Origin: Reclinomonas americana ATCC 50394
Taxonomy: Eukaryota
DNA: 39,038 bases
Reading direction: 5' to 3'
Assembly: GCA_048213135.1 (NCBI GenBank)
Contig: PS015335.1
Coordinates: forward strand, 1 to 39,038
Under the pieces are notes generated by a model. That model had not been told where the DNA came from and searched no databases. It was given only the letters and a program-made list of their open reading frames with translations. The position numbers and the translations under genes are program-made. Shown piece by piece: positions 10,178 through 20,693 of the stretch (positions within the stretch are counted from its first letter, which is position 1; the number at the start of each line of letters is the position of its first letter).

Positions 10178-12392
10178 ATGTGGAGCATCGACCGCGCAGT
10201 GTTGCAAGCGGCGCACGAGTGGGCGAGCAGTGGAGACCGCCGATGCGCGTGGCTGGTGTCACCAGACTAGTTGCGCGCGCACACATACACACACACGCAC
10301 ACTGCATTGCATGCTGATACACTCACACAGCATCAAGACCGCCATTGTGTGGCTTGTGCGATGCGTGTCGGCTGACTTGGAGCACGAGTGGCACGAGAGC
10401 AACTCTCTCTTACCGGCGGGAGTGAGCATCTGTGGAATCGTCTCTCCCAAACGCGTCAATGTGCCAGCCTCGGTGTCTCTGGGACTCGTGCACGGTGTTG
10501 TCGACAGTGGTGCTTCACCAGTCGCATGGTCTGTGGCTGGTGTGGAGGCAGTGGACCAGCTGGCAGTGCACGTGTTGCGTGAGGCTGTGTGTGTGGCCTC
10601 GAGGACCACTCTGCGATCGGCGCGCTTTGTGCCGCGAGCGACGCATGCGATGCCTGTGGGTGTACCGACGGCACTGGTGGCGCTGGCGGGACGACGAGCG
10701 GCGACACCGGTGCAGCAGGTGTGGTCGGCGGCGGCGGTGGAGTTGCCGAGTGGTCGTGTGGTGCGTGTCCCCTGTGAATAGTGTTTTTTTCGCTGCGTCT
10801 CACTGCTGCCGGCAGGGCGTGCCTTTGTGCGTTCCGCTGGCACTGCTGTACTCGGCCGGCCAGCCACCTGCGGCGCAGGCGCAACCGGGAGGCGGAGTGT
10901 GCGCCGTGCGCAGCAGCAGCACCGTCAAGGATGCCGACAGCAATCGTGTCTTGTCGTTTGACTGCGTGGCCGTGGCCGTGGTCAAGGCCGACGAGGCGTC
11001 GACAGCCGAGGCAGTGAAGGCACTGGAGGCCAACATGCGCCGACAAGTGGAGTCTGTTGGCGGCGAGGTGATGTCGACGGATTGCATGCATGTCTGTGTT
11101 TGTGTGTGCGAAAGCTCACAAGCAGTCTCGCAGACGCAGCGTCTTCGCTCGTGCTGGTTCCAGCCGTCGCACGATTTGGTGGCCACGGCTGCAGGCGCAG
11201 TGCCGCCACCGTTCCCCATTTGTCGCCAATTTGCCGACAATGAGCCCGACAGTGCAGACAGGCGGCGTGAGGTGCATGTGCGTTGCAGTTTGCCGGACGA
11301 CCGACCCTTTGTGAGACAGGCGCAAGCACTGGACCTCGTGGAGTCTAGTTGCGTGCCTCCCATCCCCATTGCACAGGTTGTGCACGCGTGTTAACATTTG
11401 CAGTGCCGACAGCAGCAGCAGCGACGGCAGCCACGTCCACGGCGAAATCAGCTGCGGCCGACGGTGGTGCCGGTTCATCATCGGCCGCGCCTTCACTGCA
11501 GCGGCGATTGCAGAACGTGCACACGACGCTGGCGCTGCCCGAGCTCGCCGGCAACCCCACAGTGTCTCTCGTGCGTGGTGTGTACGACTATTACCATTAC
11601 AAGCAGGACTCGTTCGACGACGATGGCTGGGGCTGTGCGTACCGCTCGCTGCAGACCATCTGCTCGTGGTTTGTCCGACAGGGCTATCTGGAGAGCGATG
11701 GTCGCATCCCAGAGGGGTGCGTCCATGTATTGAGACGCGTTGTGTCGTCCTTTTCTGAACACCACCCACATGCAGATTTGTTGCCGTGGGAGTGCCGTCT
11801 CATCGCACCATCCAGGAGACACTCGTCAAGGTCTCCCCTCACATCCCTCTTCCCTCCTCCTTTCTCGCCCGCTGCTGACAAGTGGTGACGGAACGCAGGC
11901 GGGCAGTGCTCAGCGGTCCCTCATCGGATCGCGACAATGGATCGGCTCACAGGAGGTGGGCACATGCTGCGAGAAGATCCTCGGCATTGAGTGGCGCGTG
12001 CACAACATGAGCCGTGGGTCGGAGCTGAGCGACATGAGCTGTGCGCGCGTGGTGCAAAACCATTTTGAGACGCAGGGCTCGCCCATCATGATTGGTGAGT
12101 TGTGGCAGGCGGTGACGCACTCGCTCGACTCCCGCCCCCCGACTGACACCAAAAATGCAGGCGGTGGACAGTACGCGTACACGATCCTCGGCGTCGCCTT
12201 CAACGACGTCGGCGACGTGCGGTACCTGATCCTGGATCCCCACTACGTGGGCAAGGACGCGCTGCCGGCCATCTTCAAGTGGGGAGGCGTGGCATGGTTC
12301 CGGCCGGCAGACAAATTCGACCNNNNNNNNNNNNNNNNNNNNAACAGGCCTACTACAACCTGTGCTTGCCGCTGCGACCGGCTGCAGTCTGA
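10178..12392 (+). CDS. UFSP2: Ufm1-specific protease 2 (long form with N-terminal domain)
   Basis: [30 protein letters not shown] (catalytic Cys), [54 protein letters not shown] (catalytic Asp/His) and [10 protein letters not shown]. The N-terminal exons splice in frame from ATG 10178. Confidence 0.9.
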
Positions 12393-12683
12393 CCATCTGG
12401 ATACGCAGTTGAAAGAGAGGCAATGCGCGGCTGGTGAATGGTGCTGGGCGCCGTAGAGTCAGTTACAAGGCTGGAATCGATTCACTCATCCATTGTCCAC
12501 CACAGTCCACAGCCACTGCACAGCTCCAGCAACACTGCGCAGCAGTGGGTACACACACACACACACATTGGAGAAGGCGACCACCACCTCTCCGTATAGA
12601 TCACGCAACGCAAACAGAACACGATACGCACACACACACACAACATGCAACACGAAAAGAAAGAGAAAAAGAAACAGGAAATT

Positions 12684-14506
12684 TTACTGCATACACAAAC
12701 ACAACGGATGGCAGTGAGCGAACTGGTGGGGCGTGAAGAGAGCGCACACGATAAAACGCAACGAGGAAATAGTCGGCGCACGCGCGCTTTGCGGGCACTC
12801 CACGAGCATCCTGCGGTGCGGCGTCGAAGATCTTGAAGGTCTTGTGCGAGTGCTCGTCGAGCTCCAGGATTGCTGCCACGTTTCCACATCGGTAGCAGTA
12901 GTTCGGTGCACTANNNNNNNNNNNNNNNNNNNNNNNNNNNNTTAGTGCAAGAAGGAAAGTGAGTTACGTTTCGCAAGCGGTTGCTACCGGCGGAGATCGG
13001 GAGAGAACGTACCTCCACACAGTGACAAGGGTCTCGCTGAACATGTGTTTGTAGCCCTCCATTACGAGCTGATGCGCTCGGCAGATTAGATCCAGATGAT
13101 TTGTAGTGTTGAACTGCGCCGCGAAACGAGAGTGAGCACGATGGCAAACGAAGCGTGCGATGCCTGAAAACCAACCTGCTGTACAACGTCGCCACCAAAC
13201 AGGTAGCCGGCACCACGCGGGCTCAGTCCCCACCCGTCAATGTCTTCGGGGTCGGACCACAACAAGTCGCACATGGCGCCATCGTGTGGCACCTCCAGCT
13301 TGCGGTCAATTGTGCGGATCTGCATCAAGCGAGTGGCACGAGTATTGAGTGCACAAGAGAAGCGATCATCGCTCGGCACGCGCGCCCGACACGACACGGA
13401 ACCTGATCGAGCGTGTTGATGGATGGCGACAAGCCACCGTGCACGCAAAAGATCTTGTCTTCGATCAGCGCCGACAGCGACAGGTAGTCGAACACCTCAG
13501 TGCAGTAGCGCCACACATTGACACTGCCGTACTTGCGCAGGCACTCGTCGTAGAAGCCATACACCTGCGTAATCTGGCGCGACTCGTGGTTTCCTCGAAT
13601 CAGCGTGATCCGATCCGGGTACCGCACCTGCAACGCACGTCACACATTCGCTCTCCGCACGCGTCACCGCCCGCACATCGCACGCACCTTGAGCGCCAAC
13701 AGCAGCAAGAAGGTCTCCACCGAGTAGAACCCTCGATCCACAAAGTCGCCCACTGATGCACGAACGCACAAATAGAAAACACAGTAAGCACGCGATGCTT
13801 ACACAGCGCGCACACGCTCGATCACAGTGGCGCAACTGAAGAGGTAGTTGGTGTCGGGCACGTCGCCACCGACCTTGAACAACTGCGCGACCATAACGAA
13901 TTAGCACGCGCGCGCGCGATCGAACAGCACTCTGCGGATGTGACTTGCCTCTCTCAGATCATAGTACTGGCCGTGGATATCACCACAGATCTGTGCGTGC
14001 GATACAAGAGAGACAGAGAGAGACAGAGAGAGTGGGCGGGAAGGACATGTCACACACAGAGCGCGCGACATGTCAAAAGTGTGGGTAACTGTGACGGGAG
14101 CGTCGACGCGTTGCACGTTGGATTCCTACGCAAACCACAACGCGCGTAAGAGAGAGAGAAGAAAGACAGCAATCAGAGAGTCCACTGAGATAAATATAAT
14201 AAAAGTCACCTCAATGAGGATTTCCTTGGCCTTGCTGCACAGCTCCTTGACCTACGCGCACAAGAAGAGCGACACAGTGTCGTGTGTGAGAGAGAGAGAG
14301 AGAGAGCACGCGCGTGTGCGTGGCCATGGCTCTCGCGCGCGCTCACTCACCTCGCTCTCCTTGATGATCTCGCACTTCTTCAGCTGCTCAATCTGCCTGT
14401 CGAGATCGCTGCGACAAGCCAGACACAGTGTGATGAGCGATGATCATTCATCATCATGCGACAACTCAGTATGGCCACACTCCACAAAAGAGAACCTCTG
14501 CGACAT
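12684..14506 (-). CDS. PPP4C: Serine/threonine protein phosphatase 4 catalytic subunit (11 introns)
   Basis: [57 protein letters not shown]...GDFVDRG...RGNHE...[21 protein letters not shown]...[12 protein letters not shown]...ADYFL|*. PP4-type N-terminus and DYFL C-terminus. Confidence 0.93.
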
Positions 14507-14946
14507 GGTGTTGCCCGGTGGAGGATGATCGCTGGCTTTTTTGTGACGAGGGGAGGAAACAGAAGAGAGGAGCCACACTCGCTGTCTGCTTGCTGCTGCG
14601 CCCAACTCGCTCTCACGCCTGCTTCTGTGAACGTTGTGTTTCGCGCGATTTTCGTCGATCCGTCGTCGGCGGGGGGGTGNNNNNNNNNNNNNNNNNNNNN
14701 NNNNNNNNNNNNNNNNNNNNNNNNNNNNNNNNNNNNNNNNNNNNNNNNNNNNNNNNNNNNNNNNNNNNNNNNNNNNNNNNNNNNNNNNNNNNNNNNNNNN
14801 NNNNNNNNNNNNNNNNNNNNNNNNNNNNNNNNNNNNNNNNNNNNNNNNNNNNNNNNNNNNNNNNNNNNNNNNNNNNNNNNNNNNNNNNNNNNNNNNNNNN
14901 NNNNNNNNNNNNNNNNNNNNNNNNNNNNNNNNNNNNNNNNNNNNNN

Positions 14947-16844
14947 TCGTGCGACGGCGGCGACGGCGTCGAGTGCGCAGCCGGCGTCGTCGTTTGCCAC
15001 GCCACGTGTGGCCACGCGTGCGACACGTGCCTCCATGTCTACCTTCTCGGCCTCTGCGGCGCACGGCGGCGGCGATGTGACGGCCTCGACGCCGGAGAAT
15101 CCGTTTGGCAGCGTCACCTCGGCGACGGTGCGTGCGGCTGACAACTTGCGTCGCTCGGCCACGGCGCGTCTGCAGAGTCAGACGCAGACGCAGCAGCAGC
15201 AGCAGCAAGGTGGGGCAGGTGGCAGTGGTCTGCATTCGGCGTCGTTGGCGGCGGCAGGTGCGGCTCCCGCAGGGCGCATGTCCACCACGTATGAAGACGC
15301 CGAATCGCGTGACGATCCGGTGTTTGCCGTGCGCTCCAGCACCGCCTGGTCGACGGCACCATCGACCACACTCGTGGCCTCACCGCAACCGAGTGGTGTG
15401 CTGTCAGCGGCCGCCGAGGGTGTGCGATCGCCGCAGTTGTCGACGCAGAGCCCGTATCCGGCCGCGTTGCGACGAGCTGCTGCCGCCGATGGTGAAGGCA
15501 GTGGTCGCGTGCCGTTTGCTCCCGAGTCGGAACCGCCAACCACTCCCGCCCTCGGCAGTGTGGACTTTCAGGAGAAGACGACGGTGGTGGACACGGCGTC
15601 GTTCTGTGTCATGGTGCTGGCGATTGTGGTCTTTGCCGTGCTGGTGATGATGCTGCTGCGTCAGAACGCAGAGGTGTCGCCGGCGGTGCATGTGGGTGGG
15701 GCGGAAGATACACGGATACTGCCATTCTGCGATTCGTTCCGCGGCAGTGCGGAGATGACCCGGGAACAGCAGCTGAAGTTGAAGAATTGTGCCGTGTGCC
15801 CCGAACACGGCTTGTGTCAAGATGGTGAGCAGGGGTGTGTGGGAATGTGCACAGTAGCGTGTGTTGTGCTGATCCTCCGCGCAGGTGCACTCGAGCAGTG
15901 TGAACCGCCGTATCACAAGGCCAAGGTGCCGATGCCGCCGTCACCTCGCGCCCCGTCGTTCAGCTGTGTGAAGGACGCCTCGCTGAATGAGCTGGCGAAC
16001 CAGGCTCTCGTGCAGGTTTTTTCTTTTTGTGTTGCACGGCCAGTGTGTTTATTCTTACACTCTCGTCAGATTCAACGCGAGGCTGCGCGGCTCAAGGGTC
16101 TGGAGGTGTGCGGCCAGCCGCTGGAGAATGGATCGTGCATTCCATTCAGTACTATTCGTGACGAGATTGTGGCGCCGTTGATGAAGGAAGACAACCGCCT
16201 GCCGGCGCTGAAAAGCCTCGTGGAGCACGAGCTGAAGAAGGAGTCGTTGCGCTCGCTCAAGTTGCATCTGGGGCGCGTGGTCACCATTCGCGTCGGCGCG
16301 CGCACCGAGGAGCAGTGCGTGGAGAGCTTGCATGCTGAAATCTCGGCTGTGTGTCGTGCACGCTTCTGGTTGATGCAGAATTGGTGAGCGGCGGTGGTGA
16401 ACAAGGGAGCGGGTGAGAGCTTGCTTGAATTCTCACACAACGCGCAGGAAGTACCTGGCCATGGCGGGTGGATCGCTGCTTCTGCTCTTGCTGGTGGTTC
16501 GCTGGCGCCGCCGGCTGGCCCACATTGATCACCTGAAGAAGCGCATCTGGTACCGCGTGGTACAATTCGTGCAGGAGCACGGGCGAGTGCGCGAGACCGA
16601 GATGCGACACAAGCTGTTGCGCCACTACACTGCGGGCGAGAAGGCCGAGTACTCGTCGCCGCAGTTTGAGAAGGCGTGGTATCAGATGGTGCGTGACGCG
16701 AAGTGGGGTAATGGTGTTGAGGAGGGCCTGTGATCTCACTCTTTTTGTGCATAGACCGAGGTCGACATGCGGTACCAGAACCACATCAAGAGTCGATACA
16801 TGCAGGGCGGCGATCGGGAGTGGTTCATCGAGTCGCAGTCGTAA
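14947..16844 (+). CDS. Man1/Src1-type (MSC domain, LEM2/Heh-like) inner nuclear membrane protein; 5' end in the gap
   Basis: Low-complexity N-terminal region, TM1 (FCVMVLAIVVFAVLVMMLL), luminal Cys pattern (LPFCDS...CAVCPEHGLCQDG...CEPPY...CVKD...CG...CRARFW), TM2 followed by RWRRR, then a short winged-helix-like C-terminus ending EWFIESQS*. Confidence 0.75.
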
Positions 16845-17046
16845 GGAGAGAAGGAGAAGAAGAAGAAGCGAGAAGAAGGAGAAGAGAACACAGGAATAGG
16901 CAGTGAATTCGAAGGAAGATCTGAGTACGAGTCCGGCAGGAGAAGCCTCTGTGTTCTTGCGCTGCGGTGCTCGTGGAGAGCGCTGACTAGCAATCACTTT
17001 GCCGGCGGAGCGCTGCGATGCAGATCGAAGTTCTCGAATTGTCTCC

Positions 17047-17128
17047 GAGAATCCAACGAACATACCATGCACAAGTATGCCAAGAGAAATCCAACGAACA
17101 TGCATGCACAACAAGTTTGCCAAGAGAA
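17047..17128. repeat. Degenerate direct duplication (2 x about 40 bp) upstream of the tRNA
   Basis: aatccaacgaacataccatgcacaagtatgccaagagaa followed by aatccaacgaacatgcatgcacaacaagtttgccaagagaa. Confidence 0.7.
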
Positions 17129-17196
17129 GTCAGTCAAGCTTTCGCAGGGCAGAGTGCACTCTTGGTAAGGGTACGTTTGCCGAGCCTCATGTGAGA

Positions 17197-17269
17197 TCCC
17201 CGATAGTCTAGGCGGTTAGGACAGTAGTCTCTCACACTGCAAACCCGGGTTCAACTCCCGGTCGGGGAG
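17197..17269 (+). tRNA. tRNA-Glu (anticodon CTC), intronless
   Basis: Acceptor stem TCCCCGA/TCGGGGA, D arm GTC...GAC, anticodon stem GTAGT/ACTGC with loop CT-CTC-AC, T arm CCGGG-TTCAACT-CCCGG, discriminator G. Confidence 0.95.
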
Positions 17270-17276
17270 TCCTTAC

Positions 17277-17300
17277 TTTTTGATTTTTTTTATTTCTTTT
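17277..17300 (+). terminator. RNA polymerase III oligo-T terminator of tRNA-Glu
   Basis: TTTTT starts 8 nt after the discriminator base and is followed by further T runs. Confidence 0.75.
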
Positions 17301-17367
17301 TGCTCCCATCATCATCCACTCAATCCAATCAATCTACTCTGTTTGTTCTTTTCCTTTCCCTTCAACA

Positions 17368-20273
17368 ATGTCAGGCATCCCATCGTCTCCATCAGGCGGC
17401 GCCGAGCGTGTTCCCATGCTTGCGCGCTATGGCGAGGATGAGGAGCACAGCTCGTCTGCGTCTGCAGCTGCTGATCGAAGTGGAAGTGGAGGAGGAGGTG
17501 CAGGAGGAGAGGCAGCAGATGGAAGTGCGATTGGAGACGAGCACCCGCTGCCGTACAACAGCATCGCGCCTGTGTTGACGTGCCCAGTGTGCTACAACAT
17601 CTTTGCAGTTGAGCATTTGTGTGTGCACACACGCGCGCGCACAGAGTAGAAGAGTATATGAGAGAGAGAGAGAGAGAGAGGCATAGGCGCGCACGCACAC
17701 GCGCGTTGATGCTCATTGAGAGAGACAGCCGTGTATGATGTGTTCTGACGCATTCTCTTGTCTCTCCTCATTGTTTTGCTGTCAGCAACATGAGTTGTCA
17801 CACGCACACACGCACACACACTCTCTCCTTGTCCTCTCTCTCTCTCTCTCTGGTGAGATGAGTTACATGCCTCTCTTTCCCCTTGCACTTGTCTCTCTCT
17901 TCATAGTTTGCTGTCAACAAAATGAATTGACACACTCTGCTCTTCCCTCTTTGCTTCCTTGTCTCTCTCTCGCTGGTGAGATGAGTTACATGCCTCTCTT
18001 TCCCCTTGCACTTGTCTCTCTTCCTCGTCTTGGTGTCAACAAGATGAGTTGACTGTTCTTCCCTCTTTGCTTCCTTGTCTCACTCTCTTCCTTGCACTTG
18101 TCTCTCGTTCTCGTCAAGATGAATCGCACACCCTTGTCTCGCTCTGTTCACATGCTTGTCATCTTCGATGAGAGGTGCAACTGCTTTGTGCGCGCACTCC
18201 ACTCACTTGCGCACTCTCCCTCCCTCCCTCCATCCTTCCACAGGATCCTCGAGGTGTGTGGCCAGTGTCGCTGTTGTGCTTGTTGTCATTTGGGTCGCTG
18301 ATGTTGTTCCCCCACCAGTGTTGCCGTGCGGTCACTCGTTCTGCCTCGAGTGCATTCGAGCCATGTGTGCGTTTCTTCTGTCGATACCTTGTTCGTGAGT
18401 GACCACCACCACTCACAGGCGCTCTGATGCAGTGAAGCGACAGGCGTTGCACTGCCCGATCTGCCGCACAGTCCACATGTACAACGCGTCCACCTTTCAC
18501 CGGTTTGTCACTCGTGCGTGCGTGTGCTGCTCCTCTGTGCCCCCCTCACTCAGCGGTGTGCATGGATGGTCAGGCTACCCAAGAACTACATTGTCGTCGA
18601 CCTCATCGATCGAGTGCAAGAGACGGCAGGCTTGTCGGTGGTGCGTCTCGCTGTGTTCTTGTCGTGTTGTTGTTGTTGTTGTCTGTCGTGTGTTTCTCAT
18701 GAAAAAAAACACAGCGGGCACTCGGTCTGCAAAGCGAAGCGGCCAAGGCCAGTTTGCGCGACAGCAGCATGGAACCAACGTTGTATCCATCGCTGCGCGC
18801 GTATGTAAACTACGACCAAACGTATCCACGGCAGCTTGAATTCAACCCGGTGGTGAAGGACCAGTTGCTGTACGGCACACTGACCGGCGAACTGGTGCTG
18901 TGTGATGTCGGCCGACAGGAGGAGCTGGGCAGGCAATGGATGGGGTTGCGTTGACAGTCATTCTCCCGTCCCCTCGCCTTTCCCCTTCTCACCCTGCTCC
19001 TGCAGGTCCGCGGAGGGCGCACAAGATTGCGTCCTCGGAATCTCCTTCCTCAAATCCACCCCCAACAAGGCCATTGTGGGCCTGGCCAAGGGACGCATCT
19101 CGATGATTGACTCGGAGCTGCTGAGAGATCCGCACCAGAAGTGCGCGCTGCACGAGTACGAGCCGTTTGAGCGGCTGACGCACATTTCCACCAACTCGCT
19201 GGACACGCAGTACCTTGTCTGTTGCGTCAGCTTTGTTATGTGCGTGTAGCTTTCTGCCCCCTCTCACAACGCACTCTAGGCGGCGGCCCCACTGGTGTCA
19301 AGATCTTCGACATTGAGACGTCGGCGATGGTGCACTCACTAGAAAACATTCACCAATCCAACATCAACATTTCGCGCTTCGCCAACAACACGCCGCACTT
19401 CTTCGTCACCTCCAGCTTTGACGGATCTATCAAGTTCTGGGACATGCGACGATCAACACGCGAGCCCGTGTACACGCGCTACTCGAGCACCAAGGTGCTG
19501 ATGGTGGCGTGGTCGCCGGACGATCAGTACATCGCCTCGTCGGCCACCGACAATGATGTGCGACTGTACCACTCCATGTCCGGCAATCTGTTGCACCAGT
19601 TGCGTTCTGCGCGGCCGCGATGTCCGGGAAGGAGCAGAAGTGTGTTTGCTTATGCGTGTCTTGATCTTTCTTTGGCAGGTACGGCATCCCCAAGCTGCGG
19701 CACGATCGCAACTTTACGCGTTCGTATTTCCTGCAAGACTCGCAGTACTTGGTGTCGGGAAGCTGCTGTGAGAGGTAACGGCAAAGAGATGCGCGCGGCG
19801 CACTCCATTCTCCGCGCTCACTTTGTGATGTGACAAACAGTTTGATCCGCGTCCTCAACGTCCGCACGGGCCAAGTGACCTGCCAGATTCCAGTGGACGG
19901 CGAGCACGGCTCCGAGTCGCTGTGTGCGTAGTGGACCACGAGCACACACACACACACACAATCCCTCGCTCACTTGCTCACTCCACAGACATTCAAACTC
20001 TGCGTGGCGATCCGGTGACTCCCCGGCGCTTTGCCGTCCTCGCCTCGTAGTTGCGTCGCAGTACGTACAATCGCGCGAGTCTGTGCACAGACGCCTGAAA
20101 ACAACTTCTTCCTGCACAGCGCCGAGCACGACCACCCCAACGAAATCATTGGCGTGGACCTGGAAGACAACTGGGACGACGTGCCCGCTGCAGGAGGCAG
20201 CGGAGCAGCAGCAGCAGCAGCCGCCGCTGCAGCCGCAGCATCCGCCAAGAACGGACCGCCCGGTCGTCCTTAA
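17368..20273 (+). CDS. RING-HC finger fused to a DHU1-like WD40 propeller (putative E3 ubiquitin ligase), about 12 exons
   Basis: CPVCYNIFA|DPRV|LPCGHSFCLEC...CPICR...LPKNY (C3HC4 RING). Then YPRQLEFNP...YGTLTGELV, HQSNINISRFANNTPHFFVTSSFDGSIKFWDMR, LMVAWSPDDQY, NFTRSYF...LVSGSCCE and YIQTLRGDP, which I recognise as the plant DHU1-type WD40 region. Confidence 0.8.
17750..18110. repeat. Degenerate CT-rich tandem repeats expanding intron 1 of the RING-WD40 gene
   Basis: tggtgagatgagttacatgcctctctttccccttgcacttgtctctct occurs twice (about 17851 and 17975). gtca[ag]caa..atga[ag]ttg occurs three times and ttccctctttgcttccttgtctc twice. Confidence 0.75.
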
Positions 20274-20693
20274 CGCGTTGTGGATTCCCTCCATGAGAAA
20301 AGCATCCGTCCACCGTCACCAGCAGCGCAAGATGAGTAAATACAGCATGTGAGTTGGAAGAAGAGCTTTCAAAGGTGGAACGGGAAGGCAACTTCGCGTG
20401 TCCTTTGCATTCTGCATTCTGCATTTCGCGCAACATGCAGGCGCCGACAACTCGTGCGTCTTCTCTCTCTCTTCCCTCACTTTCCCTGTAGAATCCTCAC
20501 TCTCACACACATCATCTCACAGGTCGCCGCGAACGTGGCAGCGGGAGGTACACTGTGCACTCTCTTTTCTCACTCACACACTCACCCATTCTCACACGTG
20601 CACACGTTACACAGTGCGCCCTCTGCGCCTCTCTCATTCACCGTCGACGGCGACATTGTGCGCAACAACGCCTCCGTGCAAGATGAGGCCACC

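Noticed and set aside
11831-11898. Apparent frameshift or non-canonical acceptor in UFSP2 after TLVK
   Set aside because: Using the cgcag acceptor gives [19 protein letters not shown] with the expected family spacing, so the intron is canonical.
13948-13948. GC donor (gcaagt) in PP4
   Set aside because: Required by the frame and probably real, but GC-AG introns with a strong consensus are a well-known minor class.
17047-18110. Short direct repeats as a possible CRISPR array or snoRNA cluster
   Set aside because: Eukaryotic context, degenerate abutting copies without unique spacers, and no properly spaced C/D or H/ACA boxes.
18933-19005. Apparent GC-AG intron (gcaatg) in the RING-WD40 gene
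   Set aside because: An in-phase GTTGCGT donor exists 12 nt downstream at 18945, so a GC donor is not required. This cannot be resolved without cDNA.
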